Assembly: GCF_001194135.2 (NCBI RefSeq) | Contig: NC_068988.1 | Span: 35,288,412-35,327,473 of the forward strand | DNA length: 39,062 nucleotides | Reading direction: 5' to 3' | From: Octopus bimaculoides | Taxonomy: Eukaryota | In this document: piece by piece, positions 28,443 through 39,062 of the stretch | Position numbering within the stretch: position 1 is the stretch's first letter | How the letters are laid out: every line of letters begins with the position of its first letter | Notes under the pieces: model-generated | Database searches by the model: none | Told to the model about the DNA's origin: nothing | Seen by the model: only the letters and a program-made list of their open reading frames with translations | Program-made: the position numbers and the translations under genes

Positions 28443-28575
28443 ATGGCTGTGCGATAAGAAGTTTGCTTCTCTATTGCAGAGTGGAAACTTGGGCACGTGT
28501 CTTCTACTGTAATCTCGGGTCGACCAAAGTCTTGTGAGCCGATTTGGTAGACGGAAACTGAACGAAACTCGACGC
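28443..28575 (+). mobile_element. Degenerate SINE family B head
   Basis: atggctgtgcgataagaagtttgcttc..ttgggcacgtgtcttctact..cgaccaaagtcttgtgag..gatttggtagacggaaactgaa matches 5805-5960. Confidence 0.8.
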
Positions 28576-29063
28576 ATTTATATATATGTATATATATATA
28601 TATATTACGAAATTCGGTCTAATATTATTATACTGAATTTTACCTGTAAGGTTGGAATAATTTATTATTCCCTAATATTACTATATATNNNNNNNNNNNN
28701 NNNNNNNNNNNNNNNNNNNNNNNNNNNNNNNNNNNNNNNNNNNNNNNNNNNNNNNNNNNNNNNNNNNNNNNNNNNNNNNNNNNNNNNNNNNNNNNNNNNN
28801 NNNNNNNNNNNNNNNNNNNNNNNNNNNNNNNNNNNNNNNNNNNNNNNNNNNNNNNNNNNNNNNNNNNNNNNNNNNNNNNNNNNNNNNNNNNNNNNNNNNN
28901 NNNNNNNNNNNNNNNNNNNNNNNNNNNNNNNNNNNNNNNNNNNNNNNNNNNNNNNNNNNNNNNNNNNNNNNNNNNNNNNNNNNNNNNNNNNNNNNNNNNN
29001 NNNNNNNNNNNNNNNTTTTGATTAATTAAAATTATTGTCCTCAACACAAATTATGCATTATTA

Positions 29064-30303
29064 TAGGGTTGGCGACTAAGTTCCTGCCGTTTAAAAAAAA
29101 TTTAAATGTTTTAAAAGGTTTAATAAAAAATAACAACTAATTAGTCAATAATGTATTCACGCTTGTTGTTTACAACTTCTTCCCAACGTTCAACAAGATT
29201 TTCAATATCTCGTTGGTAGAAATCACCCGATTTCGAATCGAAAAGTTGATCAAACCAAGCTCTCAATTCTGCATCAGTATTGAACGATGAGATCGAAAGA
29301 GATCAAAAGAGGTGGAAATCCGTTGATGCCAAATCAAGAGAGTACGGCGGGTGTGGCAGCACCTCCTAGCCATGCGTTTGAATGACTTCCTTGGTCATAT
29401 TGACGATATGAGGGCGGGGGTTGTCATGCAGCAGAAAAACTCCATGCTGCCGATTAGGTCTTTTCTCTTGAATAGCCGTGTTAAGTCGTTCCATCTGTTG
29501 AACATAAAGTACCGCATTGACCGTTTGGTTCCGTTCAAGCAATTCGTAATGGATAATCCCTTCCCAGTCTCACCATACGCACAACATCGTTTTACGCGGA
29601 TGAAGATCTTGTTTCACGCACGGTGTCGTTTGTTTACCGGGGCTAAGCCATTCCTTACGCTGCTTCATATTGTTGTACAGGCACCATTTTTCGTCGCAAG
29701 TAATGATTCGGTAAAGAAATCGTTGTTTGTGTCCATGAGTCGAGCAGTGACGAGCAAGCAAACCAGCGGAGATTGTGGCTCGTTAATCTTTGTTGTTTTC
29801 ACTTAAAGCATGCGGAACCCATGCTCCATACTTCTGAACCTTTTCCATCGAGTGAAGATGCTTCTCTATAACAGTGTGGGAGCATTGCATTTTCTCTGTC
29901 AGTTCCCTTGTCGTTTGACGAGAATTTTCGTGCAAAAGTTGACTTAATCCCACTTCATCGAACTCAACTGGACGGCCAGAACGAGGTGCATCGTTGAGGT
30001 CAAAAGTTTCATTTTTGAACTTGGCATACCATAACGAGCGGTTCTTTCAACTATGGTACTCTCTCCATACACAAAACAAATGTCGCGAGCAGCTTTTGCG
30101 CCCTCAGAACCTTGATTAAAAGCAAAAAGAAGGAGGTGTCGAAAATGCTCGTTTTTCTTAACTTGACATTCCATTTTAATGATGTGAAAAAAAACAAAAA
30201 TTAACTAAAAGTAACTAGAAAAAACAAACAAAAACAAAATAGAATCCAATATGATTCAAAAATAGAATTCTCGAAAAGGATAGATTCCAAAATTTAAAAT
30301 GGC
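29064..30303 (-). mobile_element. Mariner (DD34D) DNA transposon, near full length, with the 5' TIR largely lost
   Basis: TA followed by TIR-like GGGTTGGCGACTAAGTTCCTGCCGTTT at the left end; disrupted transposase inside; only the inner TIR remnant tttaaaatggc at ~30293-30303. Confidence 0.9.
29141..30174 (-). pseudogene. Mariner transposase pseudogene
   Basis: MECQVKKNEHFRHLLLFAFNQG.., WVPHAL, ITCDEKW, HPRKTMLCVW, LHDNPRPH, PPYSLDLASTD (34 residues between 2nd and 3rd Asp), ERWEEVVNNKREYIID*; internal TAG/TGA stops and frameshifts. Confidence 0.92.
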
Positions 30304-30304
30304 G

Positions 30305-30526
30305 AGCAGTTTGGCTGAGCGTGTAAATGAACATTGGAGGGACTATAAGAATCACAAACAAACCTCGGTACTATACCAGCATGCAAGAGAACAACATGGT
30401 GATGTACTGGAACGGATTGGCATAGAAATCCTGTCTAGACACCCTGATGACACATCGTTACGGCAAATACAAGAGTCAGTCCTCATAACAGAAACACGAC
30501 CAATTTTGAATAGCAAGTACGCGTAG
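30305..30526 (+). mobile_element. 5'-truncated Penelope-like GIY-YIG endonuclease fragment
   Basis: SLAERVNEHWRDYKNHKQTSVLYQHAREQH..IEILSRH..RQIQESVLITETRPILN matches the PLE pattern 'R.L..R..EH....S.L..H...H...IL......R...ES..I....P.LN'; the GIY/YIG motifs themselves are absent. Confidence 0.65.
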
Positions 30527-31527
30527 ATAAAAGCCTTACAATTACCCATGGTTGCAGACGTTGTTCACACATAAAATACAGAACGTGAACGTAAGTAAAA
30601 AAGATGCACTTACGAAGAAAACAGAAAATAACAGAAAGGAAACCAAAACCAAGTCTAAAGTCTCTATCTTATCTGATATGAACGAAATTTAACAAACACA
30701 CATATGGACGCACATACTTACATATAAGCACGAACACATGCGTGAGTGCACACATACGAACGTGCACACACTCACATGCTCATACCGGACAATTTCAAAA
30801 CAACGCTAAATCATACATCAAAATAAAATAAATGGAAGTGGAGAGACAAGTTACTGAAGAGATTGCAAGAGTGCAATGAAATGATTTAACAAAAAAAAAA
30901 GCAAAAAAAAAAAAAAAAAAAAAAAAAACAAAAATAAAACAAAGAAGAAAAGATGAAAAAATAAATACTGTTTATAAATTAATAAAAGACGGAACCAGCG
31001 CGTGTGTTTATTACCGGCATAATGCCTGTCCTAAGGTTTAATCGTATTTCTTTTAACACACGTATCTACATCAAGAATCTTGCACACGAAATACACATAC
31101 GAAAAATGAAATAGTTGCCACTGGAACCCCTTTGATAATAGATCTGCTCGATTACGTCTTATTTGAACTTCAAGAACAGTAATTCTGAAAGGCCTTAGCA
31201 TCAAGTAGTTTCACATAGGTGCCACGAAAATGTATACAAATGTTTAATGGTCAGCTTTGCACAGTATTGAATTGAACTTAATTGCAGAAATTTAATTGTA
31301 TTTTCGGGGAAAGTAAATATATCCTACATTACTTTCATTATAGACTGGCATCTTATCCAGTGGGGAAATTAAGATATTATTCACCAAACGTTCTGAAACT
31401 GATACTAAGCAAACATCCTTCGATATCAGATTTCGGTTACCGTTTCATAATTCAAAACGATAAGCAGTGGTGAATTTTGAACTCAAATCATTCCAGTTAT
31501 CACAGTACGTTTGTGTCCAGCCCTATA

Positions 31528-31965
31528 AGAGGATGTATATTCTCAAACAACAGACAGAAATGATGCGAAGAACTTTGAATGTTTTGCAGACATGACGTTC
31601 TCCTCCTCTTCATTGCCATTCGCAGATGTAAAGCAACTATTTTATTATGAGAGTCTTATTGTATCAACAATGTCATTAAAAGGGTCTTATTGGAACAATA
31701 ATAGCGTTTTTCGGCGGGCGAAGACGATAACTATAGTGAAATCTTGACAATAATTCAGTTAGATGCCTGAAGGAAGCTTGTAGTACTTTAGTGAAACAGA
31801 TACGTAGTGATAATTCGGTTCCATAACCAGTTATGTGGTTGGCCAACGTTATAATCAAATATTTAAAGTATGATATAAAGAAACAGAGATGGGAATTTAT
31901 TCAGTAACATTTGAACACAGAAGGGCAAACTGACTGAAAAAAAACTTTCGGTTATAGAGAACTCA
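31528..31965. repeat. Diverged direct repeat, copy 2 of 2
   Basis: See 26365-26820. Confidence 0.9.
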
Positions 31966-32324
31966 CACTCTCTACTTAAGGTGTTAGGCCTTATAGTTAA
32001 ACAAAGCTGTGAATAAGTAGCTTAAATACATGACTTTCTGTGTTTACCACAGGCTATATTCTTTAAACTAGAATGAAGTGCACGGCCTTCGCATTAGTTA
32101 AATTTACCGAATCCCATTCATTGCCTTGTACTTTGCTTATCGAATGGATAATCTACCTAAAAGGCATAGGTCAGCTACAATGCATCTTTGTTAGATGCAC
32201 TTATTTAACGGCCATCACTTGGCTAAAACATACAATTTAATGACAGATTCTTTCATTTTACCGTCTGTTCGAAAGCCGCACAGGAACAGCTAGTAATTTC
32301 TCGTTACAAAAGCAGGATCTCTAT

Positions 32325-32571
32325 CAATCAATGAATCAATGAATCAATGAATCAGTCAATAAATCATTCGAACTATGTATGTACGTATGCATGTATGTAT
32401 GTATGTATGTATGTATGTATGTATGTATGTATGTATGTATGCATGCATGTATGTATGTATGTATGTATGTATGTATGCATGTATGTATGTATATATGCAT
32501 GTATGTATGTTTGCATGTATGTATGTATGTATGTATGCATGTATGTATGTATGTATGTATGTATCTGTCTG

Positions 32572-32630
<59 letters not shown>

Positions 32631-32961
32631 NNNNNNNNNNNNNNNNNNNNNNNNNNNNNNNNNNNNNNNNNNNNNNNNNNNNNNNNNNNNNNNNNNNNNN
32701 NNNNNNNNNNNNNNNNNNNNNNNNNNNNNNNNNNNNNNNNNNNNNNNNNNNNNNNNNNNNNNNNNNNNNNNNNNNNNNNNNNNNNNNNNNNNNNNNNNNN
32801 NNNNNNNNNNNNNNNNNNNNNNNNNNNNNNNNNNNNNNNNNNNNNNNNNNNNNNNNNNNNNNNNNNNNNNNNNNNNNNNNNNNNNNNNNNNNNNNNNNNN
32901 NNNNNNNNNNNNNNNNNNNNNNNNNNNNNNNNNNNNNNNNNNNNNNNNNNNNNNNNNNNNN

Positions 32962-33015
<54 letters not shown>
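32325..33015. repeat. (AATCAATG)n, (GTAT)n, (TCTA)n and (GT)n microsatellites around gap 32631-32961
   Basis: Direct reading. Confidence 0.95.
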
Positions 33016-33017
<2 letters not shown>

Positions 33018-33834
33018 TGTGTACGTACGTATTTAAGTATGTGTGTGTGTGTCTATGCTCATAAACTAGAGTACACACTTGTGTGTATTCGTATATGATC
33101 TTTCAAGACTGCATTAAAATCCAAGTTTAACAAACCAGACATAGCGATCTGGGACGGGAAAAGAAATCAGGCACAACATACTATTACATATTTGAAAATA
33201 TATACATCTATATATGCAATTTCATTCTGATCTGCACCCGTGTATGCGTATGAATACATACTTATTTGCATACATCCTTATACGCTTGTACGTATATATG
33301 TATATATGTATACGGTCTTGCACACATAAAAAGACTTCCTTGTTGATGTCCAATTTTACTTTGGTTATAAATTCGAAAAACAAAAGCAGGAAAACGTTCA
33401 TCCACCAACCGTTTGTCTAGCCAATGTCTCTCCATACAACTCGACATAAATGCCAACGCATATACTTACACAGTTCTTAACTCTTTCTTAGCTAAATTAT
33501 ACTGATGGACATACATGTGATGGAAATCTGTTCTTCCTGAAAGGAAAACTTCAAAGGATTGAAAAGAAACACACACAAACACACACAGACACACACACTG
33601 ACACACACACACACACACACGCATACACACACACACACACGCACATAGACACACATGTACATTACAGGATAATAGGAAACTGACACTTCTCTAATCAATA
33701 CTCTGAATATGTTTCTCTGGTTTCTATAATTCTATATATCAAGTGAGAACCACGAAAGTCTAATGCTTGAGTAACAGAACTTGCCGAAAATTTTCTGCCA
33801 TCAAAAAATTCATTTAATTCATCCGCCAGTAAGT

Positions 33835-34040
<206 letters not shown>

Positions 34041-34160
34041 TTCTATCTACCTATATATCTGTCTGTTCGTCCGCCCATCCGTATGCTTGTCTGTTTTTAT
34101 ACAAATCTTGTATTTGTATACACATATGCACACACAAGCACACATTTAGTCCAGTTGGCT

Positions 34161-34595
34161 ATACTACAGCCAACTGGACCAAATGATGCAGAAACTTAGA
34201 AAAGACATCTTAGTTTAGTCAACAGATCCACTCCTATTTTATTGCAAGACAATGCCAGACCATATTGGCGAAACTACAGGATTTAGATTTGGAACTTCTC
34301 CATCATCCACCATACTTATGTGATCTTGCTCCCACTGACTACCGCTTCCAGACTGGATAACTTTGTGATAGAAAAAAAAAATTAATTCCAACGATGCTGT
34401 AAAACAAGCATTCCAAGAATTCATTCACGCTAGATTGCCAGGCTTTTACAGTTCCGTGCTGGACAAGCTACCGCTGAAATGGCAAAAGTGTATTGACAAT
34501 ATGGGTGCATACTTTGAAGAATAAAACGATTACTTGTATTTATAAAACATTAACAAACTTTCTTTTCTACAAATTTCATACGTGACGACCTAATG
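34161..34595 (+). mobile_element. Second mariner family: 3' fragment of transposase plus putative TIR
   Basis: YYSQLDQMMQKL, LVNRSTPILLQDNARP, LLHHPPYLCDLAPTDY, KLPLKWQKCIDNMGAYFEE* (stop 34522-34524), with frameshifts; ends ..cgacctaat (mariner-like TIR end). Confidence 0.88.
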
Positions 34596-35275
34596 TATAC
34601 ACATAAATGTATACGTACATATGCATATACATATATTACTTATTGGCAGAAAATACAAGATGAGTCTATGTAAATATAATCTTGTTTGAAAAGTTTCTGA
34701 GGACCAAACTCTTGGTCCTTGAGTCACACAGTCTGAAATCTGAATATCAGTAGTAAACGTTATATGTATATATGCATATGAAACTGTGTATTAAATTAAT
34801 TTATAGTGTACGTACATAAATGCTTTTTCTCTCGTAAAAATATTCTGAAATTGCCTTGTGCGTTTCGAAACATGGTTCACTCAGTCTGTCGTCAGCATTT
34901 TCTCAGAAAAGGTGTTTCAACTTGTTTTAGGCTCGTCAGTGTTGGATTCGCCCGGTTTTGAACGAAGTGGAAAAATATTCTCTCTGATATAGTAATCAGT
35001 AAAAACAACATTCAGATTTGCACCAAATTTGGTCAAGCAAGAATTAAACTAATCTACTCATGTGAAGCGGCATTAGTTGAAAATAATGATATATATATTT
35101 AAAAAAAGAGTATCGAAAATACCGAATTATTGTCTCACAAGTTTGATTTGCCGGATTCTGTCGCGTATGCAGTGAATAAGAAATGAAGTGAAATATCTTG
35201 GGACTATAGTAAATTAGACAGTAAGATATTGTCTTCTCTATCTATTACAGTACACGTATCAATAGTAACATAGGT

Positions 35276-35437
35276 TGATTATATTTTCGATTATTTATAT
35301 ACTCTACTATTGTTCATTTCAGCCGTAGTTGTTGAGCCAGTAACTTGCTAGCCATATAAATGATTATATTTTCGATTACTTATATGCTCTGCTATCTTTC
35401 ATTTCAGTCGTAGCTGTTGAGCCAGTAACTTGGTACC
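35276..35437. repeat. 85-bp tandem duplication (two diverged copies)
   Basis: tgattatattttcgatta..ttcatttcag.cgtag.tgttgagccagtaacttg at 35276 and 35361. Confidence 0.9.
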
Positions 35438-37474
35438 GCTCACATATAAACTTTTCATCGTTTATTTGAGCAATTATTGAAATCCCAATGTATTCCGATC
35501 AGGATTTTAACAGTATTTAATGGAGCTGGGTGTGATTTTACTTGCTGGTGATTAATGGACTGAAATGTTTCGGTTCTTAAATGCACAAATACTCAAAGAA
35601 ATATATGAAAAAAAAAAAAAGATAATGGACTTGCTTCTTCATACACCCCTACGCACATTCCCGTACGCGATATTTTCAGTTACGCACGCAGACACAAACG
35701 AGCACACACATAACAGAAAATAATGTCTCCAAGGTGCATCTATGTCGCATAAAACCGATGCATGGTTCAGAATTCAGGAGTGTTAAGCGCATTAGTGACA
35801 TGAATCGGCTTGCTTGTTAGCATATTGCTCTATTAAGGATAATATGTGCTCACTACCGGAGAAAGAAAGAATATTTGGTAGTCATAGGGGAATTCTAGAA
35901 CGTGAAAATGTAAAATAATGTGTTCCGCTCGGAGGAAGTACGATACCGGCTGCAGTATTTAGGAACATGTCAACAAGTCATCCCATCTACCGGTGTTTTT
36001 GTTTATATATTTATAATTCGGTCATTTCGGATCTACTCAAGCGCACACAACACTTACACACGTATCACATATACGCAAATTTNNNNNNNNNNNNNNNNNN
36101 NNNNNNNNNNNNNNNNNNNNNNNNNNNNNNNNNNNNNNNNNNNNNNNNNNNNNNNNNNNNNNNNNNNNNNNNNNNNNNNNNNNNNNNNNNNNNNNNNNNN
36201 NNNNNNNNNNNNNNNNNNNNNNNNNNNNNNNNNNNNNNNNNNNNNNNNNTATATATATAGCTATAGATATAGATATATACATACATACATATGTACGTAC
36301 AGGTTAGCACATAAGTGCAGACAAGTTGGTAAAAAAGTACTGGAATATCGAAGGTAGAGTAATATGCCCTTATTAAAGCTGCAAAATTATCATCTCCCTA
36401 TAAAAACACGAATACACAATATAAAACCTATATACACGATTAATAAAAATAATAAGAAGAAGACGGCCACCACCAACTAGGTGATGTATAATTCTGGCGG
36501 CACAAGATCATCTCAACGTTTACATAGCGTTGACTACGATAACTGTGGGTTACGAAGAGTTCTGCATTTTTCAATGTCAATGCAGAATGAAACTTAGGTA
36601 CTTCTCTAGCCACAAATCGCAGTTTGCTTGAGCCAAACTTCTTTCCTCGAGTGATGTAGGTCTTCTGTTCCCACACGCAACCAAGACAAATTTAATTTCC
36701 ACCTGGCGCGACTCTGCTCCGTTGCAGCGTTATGTAACTATGCATCTTAAAATGAGTTCTAACACATCGGATGGAAGGTTGTGTGCTACATGTCTCCGAT
36801 TTTTTCTATATTTATGCGGAAATTTTCCAAATTTCTTACAGCAGCGCGTGCTGTAAGAAACCCCCTTTTCAGCTGTACAACTGTAGCGGTTGCAGCGCCA
36901 ACTGTTGTGGTGGCAACGGTGGTGGTGCTGCGATTTGTATTCGCTTTTTCTTTACTTCTTTAGACTCGTATCGATATTGTTGATGTTATTCTTGTCGTTG
37001 TTGATGGTACTGGAATTGTCGAGTGTGTTATCGAATTGCAAATTTGTCGAACTGTCAAATGTTTTGAAGCTGCTAACAGACAAAATTGTATTACCTCCAG
37101 TGCTTGTTTTCGTTGGCGTAGCGGTGATGTCATTTTTTGTAGTCAATGCTACGTTAATATTCTCTCCATAACGAGTGTCATCATTGAACATCGATTAATT
37201 TTTTTTTTCTGTCTTTTTTGAAAATATTTTGAAAATATAAAAATATTTGCTTTTTCCACATACAATTTTGAGCTGGATGGGCTACTCGACCTGAAGAAAA
37301 TTCTAAGTGACCCCCACCTGCAAGGTCATATGCTGTTCATGTTGATATGAAGTCACTATGTTGCGCACATATGGTGTGATGCATATGCCAGGTGTACTCT
37401 TGCAGGACGTATAGTCATGATGGGTATCTGGGGGTTCGTATATTTCATGGCGTATATGGCTCTCTCACTCAGTA

Positions 37475-37506
<32 letters not shown>

Positions 37507-37507
37507 A

Positions 37508-37650
37508 GTTTCAAATAGTGTTACAAAGTCAGCAATTTCGTGGTCTATGTCAAAGACACTGACTCCTGTACATGACTAGCGCTTTATTTTATCGTACCCA
37601 AAAGAACGAAAAATGAAGTTAATATCAGGGCCGTCTAAGCAGAAGTTTAA
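37508..37650 (-). mobile_element. Very degenerate SINE family A copy
   Basis: tttcaaatagtgttacaaagtcagcaattt..ttttatcgtacccaaaagaacgaaa follows the family A motif order. Confidence 0.45.
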
Positions 37651-38235
37651 AAAAAGATACCGCAAAGTGTGCCTTCCTCACCTGATCCATAATAAAAACA
37701 TCTGCATTCATTGATCAATGTTAGGATTAATAATATTAAACTAAATCATATTTAATGTTCGAATATTCTAATAGCAACTTTTAAATGACTTGGCCGAAGT
37801 AGAAGAGATATATAACAATAATCACTGAAAAGAAAATGGTTCTTCACTTGAATCAATGGCAAATCAAAGTATACCGACAAGCTAGAGGCACATATCGCAT
37901 TTTCCGCGTAAAACATGCTCTCTCTCTCTCTCATGAAATGGACTTCTACAGATGTTCTAAAAAGATGTACTCTTTGTAAAAGAAAAAAAAGTAGTCAATT
38001 TTAATGTTTCATTAGACTCTCGTACACCCAGTATGCCATCGATAGATAAGGTCGTATTAATCACATGACACTTTATTGTATTTTGAATTGACTAATAAAA
38101 ATGCGCGTCATATACACCGACATATACGAGATCACACTCAAAGAAACTTTAAGGCCGTTCTAATAGATTTTACAGGACGACCTAATTTCGTCAGAGACAC
38201 GTAATACGATAGTAGTTACGGTTATACTTATATAC

Positions 38236-38249
38236 ATGAATATGTGTGT

Positions 38250-38300
<51 letters not shown>

Positions 38301-38489
38301 CATAAATATCTATATACATATATACGCACATGTATATACTTATATATANNNNNNNNNNNNNNNNNNNNNNNNNNNNNNNNNNNNNNNNNNNNNNNNNNNN
38401 NNNNNNNNNNNNNNNNNNNNNNNNNNNNNNNNNNNNNNNNNNNNNNNNNNNNNNNNNNNNNNNNNNNNNNNNNNNNNNNNNNNNNNNNN

Positions 38490-38523
<34 letters not shown>

Positions 38524-38550
38524 TGTGTATATATACATATATATACATAC

Positions 38551-38585
<35 letters not shown>

Positions 38586-38630
38586 GGGGTGTGCGTACGT
38601 TTACATGTACGTATGTATGTATGTATTTAC
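38236..38630. repeat. (GT)/(AT)/(GTAT) microsatellites around gap 38349-38489
   Basis: Direct reading. Confidence 0.95.
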
Positions 38631-38769
38631 GGAAAGCATATTGATCATCTGTAAAGTAATAAAAACTTAGAAAAACTTTCCTAAGTATATTAAAAAAAAA
38701 TGTACCAATATTATCTATTTTACGGACATCCAAATATGATAGAATATGACCTGCTATAAACAGAAATAC

Positions 38770-39000
38770 CAAAAATAACTCATAACATCTTTGTTGATGA
38801 CCTCAAACTAAATGCTAGTAACCTCCCTTGATATAATTACCATCTTCTGGCAGTTTATATGGATGGAAAATAGCCAAGGTTAATGTTATGTCTCAGACGA
38901 GAGGAGACTGTCGGAAAATTATAAACCAGACACAAAATTCCGATCTCAATGGATAATATACATTATATGCTTGCCGAAATAGAGAAAACATTAGAAAATT
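38770..39000 (+). mobile_element. Non-LTR retrotransposon RT fragment (REL-clade-like)
   Basis: ITHNIFVDDLKLNAS, an RT catalytic 'H..FVDDLKLY' box; downstream degraded. Confidence 0.6.
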
Positions 39001-39027
39001 AGAAATGCATTTATACATACATACAGT

Positions 39028-39062
<35 letters not shown>

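Noticed and set aside
30440-30452. CTGATGA inside the GIY-YIG fragment (also at ~17777)
   Set aside because: No stem II followed by GAAA; it encodes P-D-D or is a chance heptamer
37320-37506. Possible retroposon 3' end with a (GAT)n tail
   Set aside because: Tail is present but there is no protein motif or second copy in the window to support a call

Overview
This is AT-rich eukaryotic non-coding DNA with six N-gaps and dense microsatellites. The repeat mix (several tRNA-derived SINE families, R4/Dong-like LINEs with (AAT)n tails, compound AT/AC/ATAC/TCTA runs) looks like an octopus/cephalopod draft scaffold; that is inferred from recall, not from a search. No intact host gene could be supported, and most ORF-track entries are microsatellite or gap artefacts. 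Recognisable content: a nest of degraded R4/Dong-type (restriction-like endonuclease) LINEs at about 7.9-14.3 kb and another RT fragment at about 38.8 kb; two mariner DD34D remnants; two Penelope-like (GIY-YIG) remnants; about ten SINE copies; a 67-bp minisatellite; and a diverged ~450-bp duplicated block. The most interesting object is a ~290-bp element at 11151-11439. It has a tRNA-like Pol III head, an (AAT)n spacer and a minimal type I hammerhead ribozyme motif, sits between 9-bp near-direct repeats, and splits a LINE reading frame, suggesting a ribozyme-carrying SINE that moved as one unit. Boundaries of degraded repeats are approximate.
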